NCBI GenBank assembly: GCA_030704615.1
Contig: CM060732.1
Coordinates: 56,606,001-56,670,000, forward strand
DNA: 64,000 bases
Reading direction: 5' to 3'
Source: Takakia lepidozioides
Taxonomy: Eukaryota > Plantae > Bryophyta
In this document: one piece after another, positions 42,190 through 52,574 of the stretch
How positions within the stretch are numbered: position 1 is the first letter of the stretch
Layout of the letters: every line of letters starts with the position of its first letter
The notes under the pieces: model-generated
The model's database searches: none
What the model saw: the letters and a program-made list of their open reading frames with translations, nothing else
What the model was told of the DNA's origin: nothing
Translations under genes and position numbers: made by a program

Positions 42190-43522
42190 CTCTGCATTTC
42201 TCTTCCTCTCCTCTTCCATCAGCAAGAGCTGCCAAGTAGTGAAGGGTGACGACCAAGGCCACAGGAGCTCACACTTCAACTGCAAGTCTCTCTAGACAGT
42301 AAGGCAACGAGGCTACCTCTATACCCACCGTAAGGGTGGAGCCTCAATTCAAATCTCAGGGGTCGACTCAAACTGAATATGATCACCAACATCCCAACCC
42401 GAATATATGTGCATGTTTGAACTCCACATTAACGGGCCAAAGTGTGCAACCTCGGAACAATCAGGCGACAAAACAAATTTGGATTCAGATGGAATATTAT
42501 TTGGTTGTCATGCGGGAAGATGGAGAGTAAGGTGAACGTAAATTAGCGTCACTGGCACCGTTTTCAGCAATTGTTGTGCATAATACCATGAATTGCTTTC
42601 AATAGAATCAATAATATTGAGAGACATTTTCCATGCTGGATTCCTAACTTCAATATCTATCTATATCAACCGTCAAATTGTCAATCAAATAAAATGTCTA
42701 AGATGTATAGACTTTTGAACACGACAACTGTGGACTGTCACCGCTACAAATGGAAATACATTGACTCAAAATAAGCCATTTGTGTTTGAGGTAAGGGTCT
42801 AGATTTCACTTTAAAATGACAATTATCAATTGTCATTTACTATCTATGGACTAATATGAGTGTCATATATAGGTGGATTTAGTACATATTGTGTTTTGGG
42901 GTTTTGATGTTACTGCAAATGATACTAAAATATAATATACAATGGCTTGGTTGTATATAGACAAATCGATGTAAATTCCAATTTTGATATATCAAATCTT
43001 ATCTAAATTAGAGACTAAAATTTATAGTAAAAATTATCTTTGATATTTGAAGTAAGACCTTTTACTAAAAATATTAAATATATCATTGTCTATTATCGTT
43101 TAAAATTATTTGGGAAAATATCGTCAATTTAAATTTGGTCATGGAATACAATATCTGTCGTTTTTGGTCCACCTTATCCTGCAACTACCTGTGCGTCAAA
43201 ATACTAGTCAACTGAATGACTTCATTTTTAGCACTTATATGCTTTGATGAACTAAAAATGTCACACATTTTGTTGCATGCCGGCCATAAATTTTGACTAT
43301 CACATTATCAATATCCCGTATTATTATAAGCCCCCAACTTTTGCAAGGAAAAAAATAGACGGTACGAAGGCGACAACTATTAAATCAAGGATGGTTCATG
43401 CGCCAAATTGGGTAAGCAGAGTACAGGTGTCAAGTGGTGTTTTCCTAGGAGTGACATTCTTGCCCGACAGCTTGATGGGGTGGGGATTGCCGCCCTGAGA
43501 GGGTAATTAATATTTAATATTT

Positions 43523-43689
43523 GACGCCTCCCGAAGGAAGCGTAAATTATGGAGTCTCTTCATCCGGAAGGGTTACTGCCTTCCGTTAGGAAGGTGGACA
43601 TCTTTGTGACACCAATCGGTGGATTGAACCCACAACCACTTCCGAGGTGGTATGTACCCATTACCACTGGGCCACAACTTGGTTGTCCC
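43523..43689 (-). mobile_element. tRNA-derived SINE-like repeat, copy 1
   Basis: The minus strand has an A-box-like tggcccagtggtaa and a B-box-like ggttcaatcc; related to 44534-44710 and 59045-59207. Confidence 0.7.
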
Positions 43690-44533
43690 TGATAGGGTAT
43701 TTGGAGGAGGAGAGCGCTCTCCTCCCCTTGCCTCTTACAGCTACTTACTTAGGGCAATACCACACTAGCGGCAAGAGGGGCAGCGGCACTCAATTTCAGA
43801 CCCTTCTATTGGTTTAAGGGAGGGTAGTGTGTTGCTCAACCTGCCACACTAGCAGCTGATGCCGGCAGAGAGGCTCCAACCTGGCGCCTACATGTCACAT
43901 TACCGTGAAATACGGATTTCCAGGCAGTGGAAATCCACAATTTTAGGAAGATATTTTGTCGTGACAAGATTCTCCCGCCATCGACGCGAAGCTGTCCTCA
44001 CCGACCCCGTCGTGCGATGGTCTCTCCTACCAATTGTTTTGCCGTTGGGCTTCTGCTATAGTGTGGTAGCCGATTCCTTGCCGCTTGGTGACATGGACTT
44101 ATATCATCCAACAATCCCTAGCCTACAACATCCACGTCAGTGTCCTTGATGTGCCGATAGTGTGGTACGACCCTTACTTAGTGCCTACTTTAGTGGGCTT
44201 TGCAGAGGCAGAGCCCCAAATAAATATGCAAATATGAACCATAACAATATTAATTTACGGATCAGCTGAGCCGAAAATAAAGCCCCCCAGCTCATATAGT
44301 CAAATTGTATTTGTACAAATGCAGACATCGCCCCACCATGCTAGACTATATTGTAGACCCTCGACCAAGCCACTAATATGAGTATACATCTATCATAACA
44401 AGCTTCTATAGATCTAATAACATAAGCGAAGTTGGGTGATACTAGACATTCGTCGACCCATTACTGTAAATAGTGGGTTGACATTGCATCTCCTACAATG
44501 TTTAGATGTGTCAGTCTCCCAAAGAAAGAGTAT

Positions 44534-44710
44534 GACACCTCCCCCAAGGAAGCATAAATTATGGTGTAGCTTGACCGTAAGGGCTATTTCCTTCTGGCGG
44601 GAAGATGGACATTACCTTTGTGTCGCCAATAGGTGGATTGAACCCACAACAACTTCTGAGGTGATATACCTATGTGCCCATTACCAGTGGGCTAAAACTC
44701 GGTTGTCCCC
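44534..44710 (-). mobile_element. tRNA-derived SINE-like repeat, copy 2
   Basis: Shares gacacctcc..ggaagcataaattatgg..ggtggattgaacccacaac.acttc.gaggtg..ggttgtccc with copy 1. Confidence 0.7.
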
Positions 44711-46610
44711 ACTAGGTATATTATGTGGTAAGGAGCATCACGCTGCCCAGCTAGTTCATATATTCTGTCAAGAATTTGGTGATGGTTTGTTTTTCCTTTG
44801 AAAAAGTGGATAGGACATGACATTTGTGCACCGAAGTCGACAGATAACAGTTGGACAAGGACAACAACTGGATTAGTCGGCAGAAATACATTCATCTATC
44901 CATGGTATATCTATCCATGGTTCATCCTATCTTTTCTAATATGCTTATAAGCCACCCAATGGGGGAGAGGGACCCTACACTGTCACAATTAATAATTTGT
45001 CATTTGGAGGATAGACTACATGTGAAAGGATAATTACCACATATAATGGGGAGCCTTGGGGTCAAACCGCGGGAGCAGCAAGATGTGAGGGCGACCCATT
45101 ATATCTGGTAAGTGCCTGGTACGTGGTGATTACCTCACTTCATGTACAGAGCTTGTGGATGAAACAAACATGTGGTGATTACCAGTGTTGGACTGGTATC
45201 ATGGTTTTTTGATACCACTGGGGTAATGGTATTGGGGTAGAGTTGAATTACTCAAGCCAGTGTATCAAATGATGTGTAAATTTGACAACCTGGTACGGTA
45301 TATGGTAGGGTATCAAAGTGACAAGGTATGGTATAAAATAAATTTTTGAAAATCATACCAGCTTGGTATGTGCCAGGGTCTGGTTTCAGCTTCAGGTACA
45401 TCAAAATTGCATTCTGCCAGTTCTTTAACTCTTCTCTATCACTTTTGAAGAGCAGAAACTAACACATTGCATGATTTCATCTACTCCTCTTCAAACATAT
45501 TAGAATCGTGTAATGAAAAAACGCTCCATGTACTAATGAAAACTACCCTAAACCCTACCCATGCATCCTCTCCCTCAGCCGGCGCGCGCATGCATGGTAT
45601 TGGAGTGGTAGCGTGAGGACGAAGACTAGACTGGTCTGGTTTGCACTAGGGTTTTAGAAGTCCATGTACCCTACCCCACCAATATATTGTCAGGTCTTGC
45701 CCTTGCATGTACCTGCTTGGTATGATCCTTCATACCATTACCCTTATCCTAGTTGATACGAGGTTTACTATTTCATGAGCAGAAACCATGAGCCATGAGC
45801 CATGAGCCGCATGAGCCGCATGAGCGGTGAGCCGAAGTCTAAGATACGTGGATTTCATGAGCGGACTCCTCCAAATTTGGAAATGCGGCAGATTAAACAA
45901 GTATTAAAATAATAGTTTTTTATTTGACTTTGCCGTTTTTGGACGTTCCAGATCATGTAATGCGGCGAAGATATGTCGTCAGTAACAAGTCCGCTCATGG
46001 TTTTATAGATCCGCTCATGGAAATAAGTGACCGTGCAACGGGAAATCCAGTATACCACTGCAAAAGGACGTCGCATACTGGCCTGTATAGAGTATTCCGC
46101 GGTTTTACATGCCTTAACATTGGAATGAAGCTGACCCTTTTGCCGCGATTGAACCAATGGAGTCTGCACCAATACAGTCTGCAGTACTTCACAATTCTGT
46201 CTTCTTCGGGTATTCGGCGGGAAAGGTTTGCAACTGAACTGGGAAATAAGGTGCCGCATTAGGGTTCGCATGTGCGAAATTTCGGAGCGGTTTGGTGTTG
46301 GCGAAGGCCACCTCTACCAGTACCTACGACGATACAAGGAAATGCGGCGCCGCATTTCCTTGTCGGAGGTCGAATGAGGAAAGCAAGTTTTCGGAAAGCA
46401 GAAAAACATGAACCCTCCAACATACAAAAATACATGCACGTGGAAACAAGTGAACGATATAGTAATATCTTAGTTCGAGCAAAACAGGTTACTGGTAGGC
46501 AAGACATATGTCGGACCTTTCTGTGGCCAGAGTCTGAGGTACTGGCAGCAGTACAGTTCTACTATCCGAAAAGGATGGGCGTACCATTGTATGGGGACCG
46601 CAAGCCAAGC

Positions 46611-47846
46611 TCACTGGTCCCCTGGATCCATATTCAGAAGAGTGTGAACCTCCTGGGGGCTCAACCCTGGTGCATGTATGAAGTGATGAGTTGTGGAATT
46701 ACAACGGAGTCTCTTTAGGTACACATAGTACAAATGCTTGCAAGGGCAGTATGATGCCCCCTTGTTCGCCATGATCTGGAAGTCGGTGCAATTGCATGTG
46801 GGTAATTCTGAAATGGTGATGGTATACACCTCATTGCGAACAGCTGAGCCCGCCGTGGCCATCTGATACACACGCCCGAATCCTGGTGGGGGCACTTTTG
46901 TCGAGCTCTGGATTGTACAGTTCATCCGAAGTGCATTCCCCATCTTTGTCTCGTTCACTTTTGAGGGAGGTCGCCGCCTCTTCGGTTTCCCCCAACGGTG
47001 TGTAGGATGCTTAGAGCTGTCGTGTCCCATTGTTCTTGCTCTCACAGGGGTCGGTGGTGGAGGCTGTGGAAGCGGAAATGGTTCTCTGGGGACGTCAGTG
47101 CGCTGCACCATCCGAAATCCTGCGGCGGTAAGGGCGTCGGCCTTAACCTGACTCAGATCGCAGCCTGGTTCCACCGGCCACACCGGGGGAGCCTCTGGCA
47201 TTGTTTGTATGCCGTACTTGGGCTTTCCATACACGCAAGTCATAATGTCGTGCCTGCAGAACCAGAACTGGGTGGTTGTCGCCTCCGCAAACTTTGCATG
47301 GACAAATCTTCCTGTAAAAGTAGGAGCAGGGACAGCCCCATCTGGATTCCTCCTTATCATCTCTAAACAACGTTGCCGTGTATCCACACAAATTGCGGAA
47401 CACCTTCCTCGAAACGACGGCTTTGTGCGAGCAATTCTCCACTGTGAGGCAGACACAGTTGTCTCCACAATGGCTTGGCCATACTGCATAACAGCGGGCG
47501 GAATCTGGGGCAAGGGAGCGGTGGGAATTTTTTGCACGAAATCCCCGGTTGAAGGCGACGGCGATCTGGAATTTTTTGGGCTTCCACTGCTAGAAGACAC
47601 ATTGTGCGGCAATATAAAGGTTTCCCCCGGACGGAAACTCGGTGCCGCATTTCCGTCGCTCTGGTGCATGACCAAGAAGCAATACGGAAATGCGGCGCCG
47701 TATTTCCGTCCACCAGCAATCGAAAAAATCACTCGGGACGGGAAATCTGGAACCTCAATGGGTTGCATTGTTCCGAAACAACGTTGCGGCCAGTCTTGAT
47801 GAGCACAACTTGGTTGTCTGACCGTTTTAACTAACAGTCCTGGCAC
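46611..47846 (-). CDS. SWIM zinc-finger ORF, probably the C-terminal half of the MULE transposase
   Basis: SWIM motif YTITISELPTCNCTDF...CPCKHLYYV (CxC..CxH). The 411-codon frame is open and has no convincing ATG start. Confidence 0.75.
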   Translation of the reverse strand: MPGLLVKTVRQPSCAHQDWPQRCFGTMQPIEVPDFPSRVIFSIAGGRKYGAAFPYCFLVMHQSDGNAAPSFRPGETFILPHNVSSSSGSPKNSRSPSPSTGDFVQKIPTAPLPQIPPAVMQYGQAIVETTVSASQWRIARTKPSFRGRCSAICVDTRQRCLEMIRRNPDGAVPAPTFTGRFVHAKFAEATTTQFWFCRHDIMTCVYGKPKYGIQTMPEAPPVWPVEPGCDLSQVKADALTAAGFRMVQRTDVPREPFPLPQPPPPTPVRARTMGHDSSKHPTHRWGKPKRRRPPSKVNETKMGNALRMNCTIQSSTKVPPPGFGRVYQMATAGSAVRNEVYTITISELPTCNCTDFQIMANKGASYCPCKHLYYVYLKRLRCNSTTHHFIHAPGLSPQEVHTLLNMDPGDQ

Positions 47847-48121
47847 TTGTCAGTGCGAACGTTCCTGTCTGCACCGAGAATACTGCTGGATCCACCCTAA
47901 TGAGAAACTGTCAGGAGATGTTATTTCGTCGCCGAATCGGCCATCATTGTCATACTTACTGGCTATGGAATCAAACCTCTCACCTTCATGCATGTAGCTT
48001 GAAACAATACTTTCCACTTCAATGTGCGACTTCCAATCGTCGATGGACTCCGCATGGTGCCTGTGAGCCTTGGTCTGTCGCTATACTGAACCTCGCACTT
48101 GCCAACTCCGTGCGGTGTTCG

Positions 48122-50701
48122 ATGGCTCCGAATTCCTACGCTATAGTTTGCTGTCCTCCGCAACTTGGGAGAGCCTGGATCCCAAACGAGGGAGGACTTT
48201 GCAGAGTGACTGATACTTACATTTGTTCCAAATTCAAGCTCAAACCGGGCACAGTTTATTTGGAAGAAGAAAGGAAGGATGTTCTTGGACAGGTTAACGA
48301 GACCATTGTCGTGCTAGGTAACGACGGAGGTTGCGGAATCGAATGGCACGTTCCCCCATCAGACACCATCCTGTACCGAGCTGTGGGAATGCCCATTCCC
48401 TTTCCGAATCAGTCGCTGCCCACACCATCCACAAAGGAGTCCGGAAACCGAGAGGCGGCCACTGCCAACAGAGAGGTATGCAACGATAATCATTCCCGAC
48501 CTGGACCGTCAAGACCCTCCATAGCTTCTCGTGTGGACGTATTCGACATTTCCGACGAGGAAGATGATTGCATTGAGGTACCCATGTCCTCCACACGGTC
48601 GTTCAAATCCGGCATGGACGTCTCTGTTGGTGCTACGCATGTGCCCTCGAGCATAACTCCAACCCGGTCCATTGTGCAGCTCCTACGACAACATCACCTC
48701 GATGGTTCTCGCTCCGAGCTGGCTGCTCTCGACTATGCCAAATTTCCAGTCAGAAAGGTAACGTTTCTGCCTCCCGAAGTCGATGGCAATGTCATCTTCG
48801 AGTTTCCACCTGTTTCTTCGTCAAACAAAGCCTCCGGGATGTTAACAGACATGGATCGAAAGCATGACGGACACCCCTGGTGTGTGACGAAGACCAGTAG
48901 CACGAAAATTGCTGATGGTGTTCGTGTACGATATGTCCTCTGTGCGGGGAAGCTGAGGTGCCTCAATCCCACCTGCTTCCACTTTCTCTCCAAAGGAGGG
49001 CGGAGAAACGAGACGGATTGGACTGGCACAACGCATCATCCATTCATTGTCTCCAGCCAAGCTCCTGCGGGTTCTTTCAAGTGTGCACATTGCAAAGAAC
49101 CACCGACGTGCATGTCCATGTGCAGAGCCAAGCAATATTACGTAATCCATTTGCTCCCGGACTTGACTAGAGCTTGCATACACGTTGGGGTCCACTGCCA
49201 CCCCTTGGCGAGAGGCAACATGCGTGAGGTTGTGCAGGAAGCACACGACATCATAAAAGAGGAGGTGAAATTGAGCCCCGGAGCCAGACCAAAGCAGATT
49301 CAGCTGAAGGCAGCCCACAAGATTGCTCTTGGCAAAATCATGTCTGAAGATGGTTCCGACCGAGAGCCCTTGACCGAAGACGAGATGCATGACCTCTTGG
49401 AGTCCGTCTCGCACGTTTGTAGTCCGAATGTGCGGAATCACATCGTATCTTGCAAGCCAGAGTTCGGCAGGGGGTTGGACATGTACTCAATCCTGGAGGT
49501 GAAACGAATGACTGGATATGACTACATCCAAGGTAGCAGGTTTCCAGGGCAAGGCAGCGAATCCGATCGTTGTTACATTTTCAAAATGTCGACGTGTGGG
49601 CCTGGGAGTGGAGTCGACTTGGTCACTCGCATGACAACTGGAAACTTGTCGAATGCTTGGGTGATGTTTGATCACATCAAGCGAATTACAAACCATCAGT
49701 GGGTGACTATGGGTGCGCACGTTTATGACTATCACTCCAAGAGGCTCATGACGATTGCAATCTGCGAGATGAAAGGGGAGGACACACAGTCCGAGATGCA
49801 TCTGTGGGAGGGCATAAACGAGCAGATGGCAAGGGCGGGATTGCCAGAGCCCAATTTCAGGGGATTCATGGCAGACAACGCTCAGGCCAACTGGGCAGCG
49901 GTGCGGCGTGTGTACGGTGAGGACCCCAATGTTCCAATGGAGGGGAAAGAGAGATCCTGTGGATTCCATTGGATGCAGAGTCTATCCCACTACACTACCA
50001 AATTTGTTGCTAGCTCATTCCAGGCTGAACACCGTGTCCTTTGTACGGCGTGGAAGGATGCACCCACATTTGATGACGCGGAGGTTAAGTTTGTTATCAT
50101 CGAGGCTTGGTGGAACACGTCAGGTGCAGTGGAGACAACCAATCTGGGAGCATTGCACAGCTGGTTGGGGTGGTGGCATTTCGGTATCGACAGTTCGGAC
50201 AGTACATGCGGGAGGTAGGCTGCTGTCAATTTCGTTCATTTGTCTTTCTGTTACGGACACTTCGATTGGTCCCTCACCATTGTTTGTGTCCTTCTAGGAG
50301 CGGTGCTTGGATTCCGACACGGACATGCTGAACACGAATATGGCAGAATCGGTCCACTCCTCCTGGCGAGCGTCTTCTGCCGCACATCTGGTGGACGTAG
50401 TGACGGCCACAACGGAGGACATCGACAGAGCAATCATGCAGCAAGCCACGTACTACAAGTTCCTGAGCGGCAAACAATGGGGCTTTGGGCCGGACAGGGA
50501 GGAATTGTTGGTACGAACAGCTTCGAGGTCCAAGAATCTAGTGAAATGGGCGACAACATTGCGAGAGAAGATCAAAGGGACGCCTCTGCACCGCAGAGGT
50601 GAACACCTAGAGGGGGACGTCCGGACTTGCCCTGTCAGGCGGAGGATTGAAGAGGAACCCGGGTGCGAAGAGGATTCCTGGAGATCCGACAGGAACATTC
50701 G
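48122..50701 (+). pseudogene. MULE transposase N-terminal and catalytic part: GCM/WRKY-like zinc finger plus DDE; intron 50215-50297; 1-nt frameshift near 50181
   Basis: Finger residues DGHPW..CAGKLRCLNPTC..CAHC..C..HVGVHCHP. Catalytic motifs VMFDH, FMADNAQAN, CGFHW (CxxH) and NMAESVHSSW. Confidence 0.85.
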
Positions 50702-50720
50702 GACAGCACCTCTCCAGAAC

Positions 50721-52180
50721 GGAAATGCGGTAACGCATTTCCATCCAGCAAGCACGGTATGTGAAGGTGGAACGGAAATGCGGTACCGCATTTCCGTTCT
50801 GATTGAGAATTATGAACAACGGGAACAGAAATGCGGCACCGCATTTCCCTCCGAGTCGCACTTTTCCGACATTCCAGAACGGAAATGCGGTGCCGCATTT
50901 CCGTTTTGTATCTGATGCATGGAGCTGAGGGATAGAAATGATGCAGCACATTTCCGTCCTTAAAAGACATTCATACTCTCCATAACGGAAATGCGGTACC
51001 GCATTTCCGTTCTGATTGAGAATTATGAACAACGGGAACAGAAATGCGGCACCGCATTTCTGTCGGAGTCGCACTTTCCGACATTCCAGAACGGAAATGC
51101 GGCGCCGCATTTCCATTTTGTATCTGATGCATGGAGCCGAGTGCGATTCCGACCGTTGAGACAGCGCAATTCCGACCGCTTGAGACATTCATACTATCCA
51201 GAACGGAAATGCGGTACCGCATTTCCGTTCTGACTGAAAATCGTGAACCATCGGAACTGAAATGCGGCAGCGCATTTCCATCCGAGTCGCACCTCCCAAC
51301 ATTCCAGAACGGAAATGCGGCACCGCATTTCCGTTCTGATGAAATATCCTGAAACATCGGAACTGAAATGCGGTACTGCATTTCCGTCGGAGTCGCACCT
51401 TCCGACATGCCAAAACGGAAATGCGGCGCCGCATTTCCGTTTTGTATGTGAGGCATGGAGCTATGGAACGAAAATGCGGCACAGCATTTCCGCCAGCGTC
51501 AGACGTTAATACTCTACAGAACGGAAATGCGGTACCGCATTTCCGTTCTGACTGAAAATCGTGCGCAACGGGAATAGAAATGTGGCACCGCATTTCCGTC
51601 CGAGTCGCACTTTCCGACATTCTAGAACGGAAATGCGGCGCCGCATTTCCGTTTTGTATATGGGGCCTGGAGCTGTGGTACGGAAATGTGGTGCCGCATT
51701 TCCATCCATGTGAGACCTTCAAACTTTCCAGACCGGAAATGCGGCACCGCATTTCTGTCCAGGTGAGACCTCTATACTTTCCCGAACGGAAATGTGGCAC
51801 GGCATTTCCGTTCATCAACTAACATATGTGAAGGGGGAACGGAAATGCGGTACCGCATTTCCGTTCACATTGAAAATCATGAACCACGGGAACTGAAATG
51901 TTGTGCCTCATTTCCGTCCGAATCGCACCTTTCGACATTCCAGAACGGAAATGCGGCGCCGCATTTCCCTTTTGTATCTCATACATGGAGCTGTGGGACG
52001 GAAATGCGGCACCGTATTTCCGTTCAACAACTGAGGTATGTGAAGGTGGAACGGAAATGCGGTGCCGCATTTTCTTCCAACAAGTATGGATGTGTAGCTT
52101 CGTGATGGTACTTAACGGAAATGCGGCGCCGCATTCGCATTTTCACTCCAACTCATCAGACGCTGGGACGGAAATGCCTT
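50721..52180. repeat. Array of ~27 palindromes (GGAAATGCGGYRCCGCATTTCC, 22 bp) with ~31-bp spacers, period 53 bp
   Basis: Unit starts include 50721, 50774, 50881, 50987, 51093, 51311, 51417, 51523, 51629, 51735, 51841, 51947, 52000 and 52053. Spacers fall into 4-5 recurring classes. Confidence 0.97.
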
Positions 52181-52574
52181 GAAATGTGAATACGTGGAGC
52201 AACGGAATTGCTGCACATGTCGGCACTCTATCTGACTAAAGGGGCATGAGGCGGCGCGGCCTGACCGTTGGATAATGATGTGTTTTTTTCGGACGGCAGA
52301 CGTACCCTGAACGATTCGAATTTTGTAATGACGCAAACTCCACGAGGAGACACTTTCGTCCAACACTTTCGAACCCAAGTGGTGCATCACCGCCGTTTCA
52401 TCTACTTTTGTCGTGTCTCCTCAGTCACCCCTCTCGCGCCCTTTCCATCTGCACTCTTTGCCCCTTTTCCCTCTCTCTGTTCTTCTTATGCTCGAACCTG
52501 AGAGGGGGGGAGTTCGTGCACCAGACAGGAGACCTCGTCGCAAGCTCCGGAAATTATACTTCGGACGTAGGCCA

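Noticed and set aside
43523-43689. Functional tRNA gene
   Set aside because: It has A/B-box-like motifs but no convincing cloverleaf, and it occurs as diverged dispersed copies.
50721-52180. True CRISPR array
   Set aside because: Spacers recur as internal higher-order repeats, no cas genes are present, and the context is a spliced eukaryotic transposon.
50607-52182. Overlapping ORFs with GNAAPHF / EMRCRIS / KCGAAFP repeats (also 55076-56019)
   Set aside because: These are translation artefacts of the stop-free palindrome on both strands.
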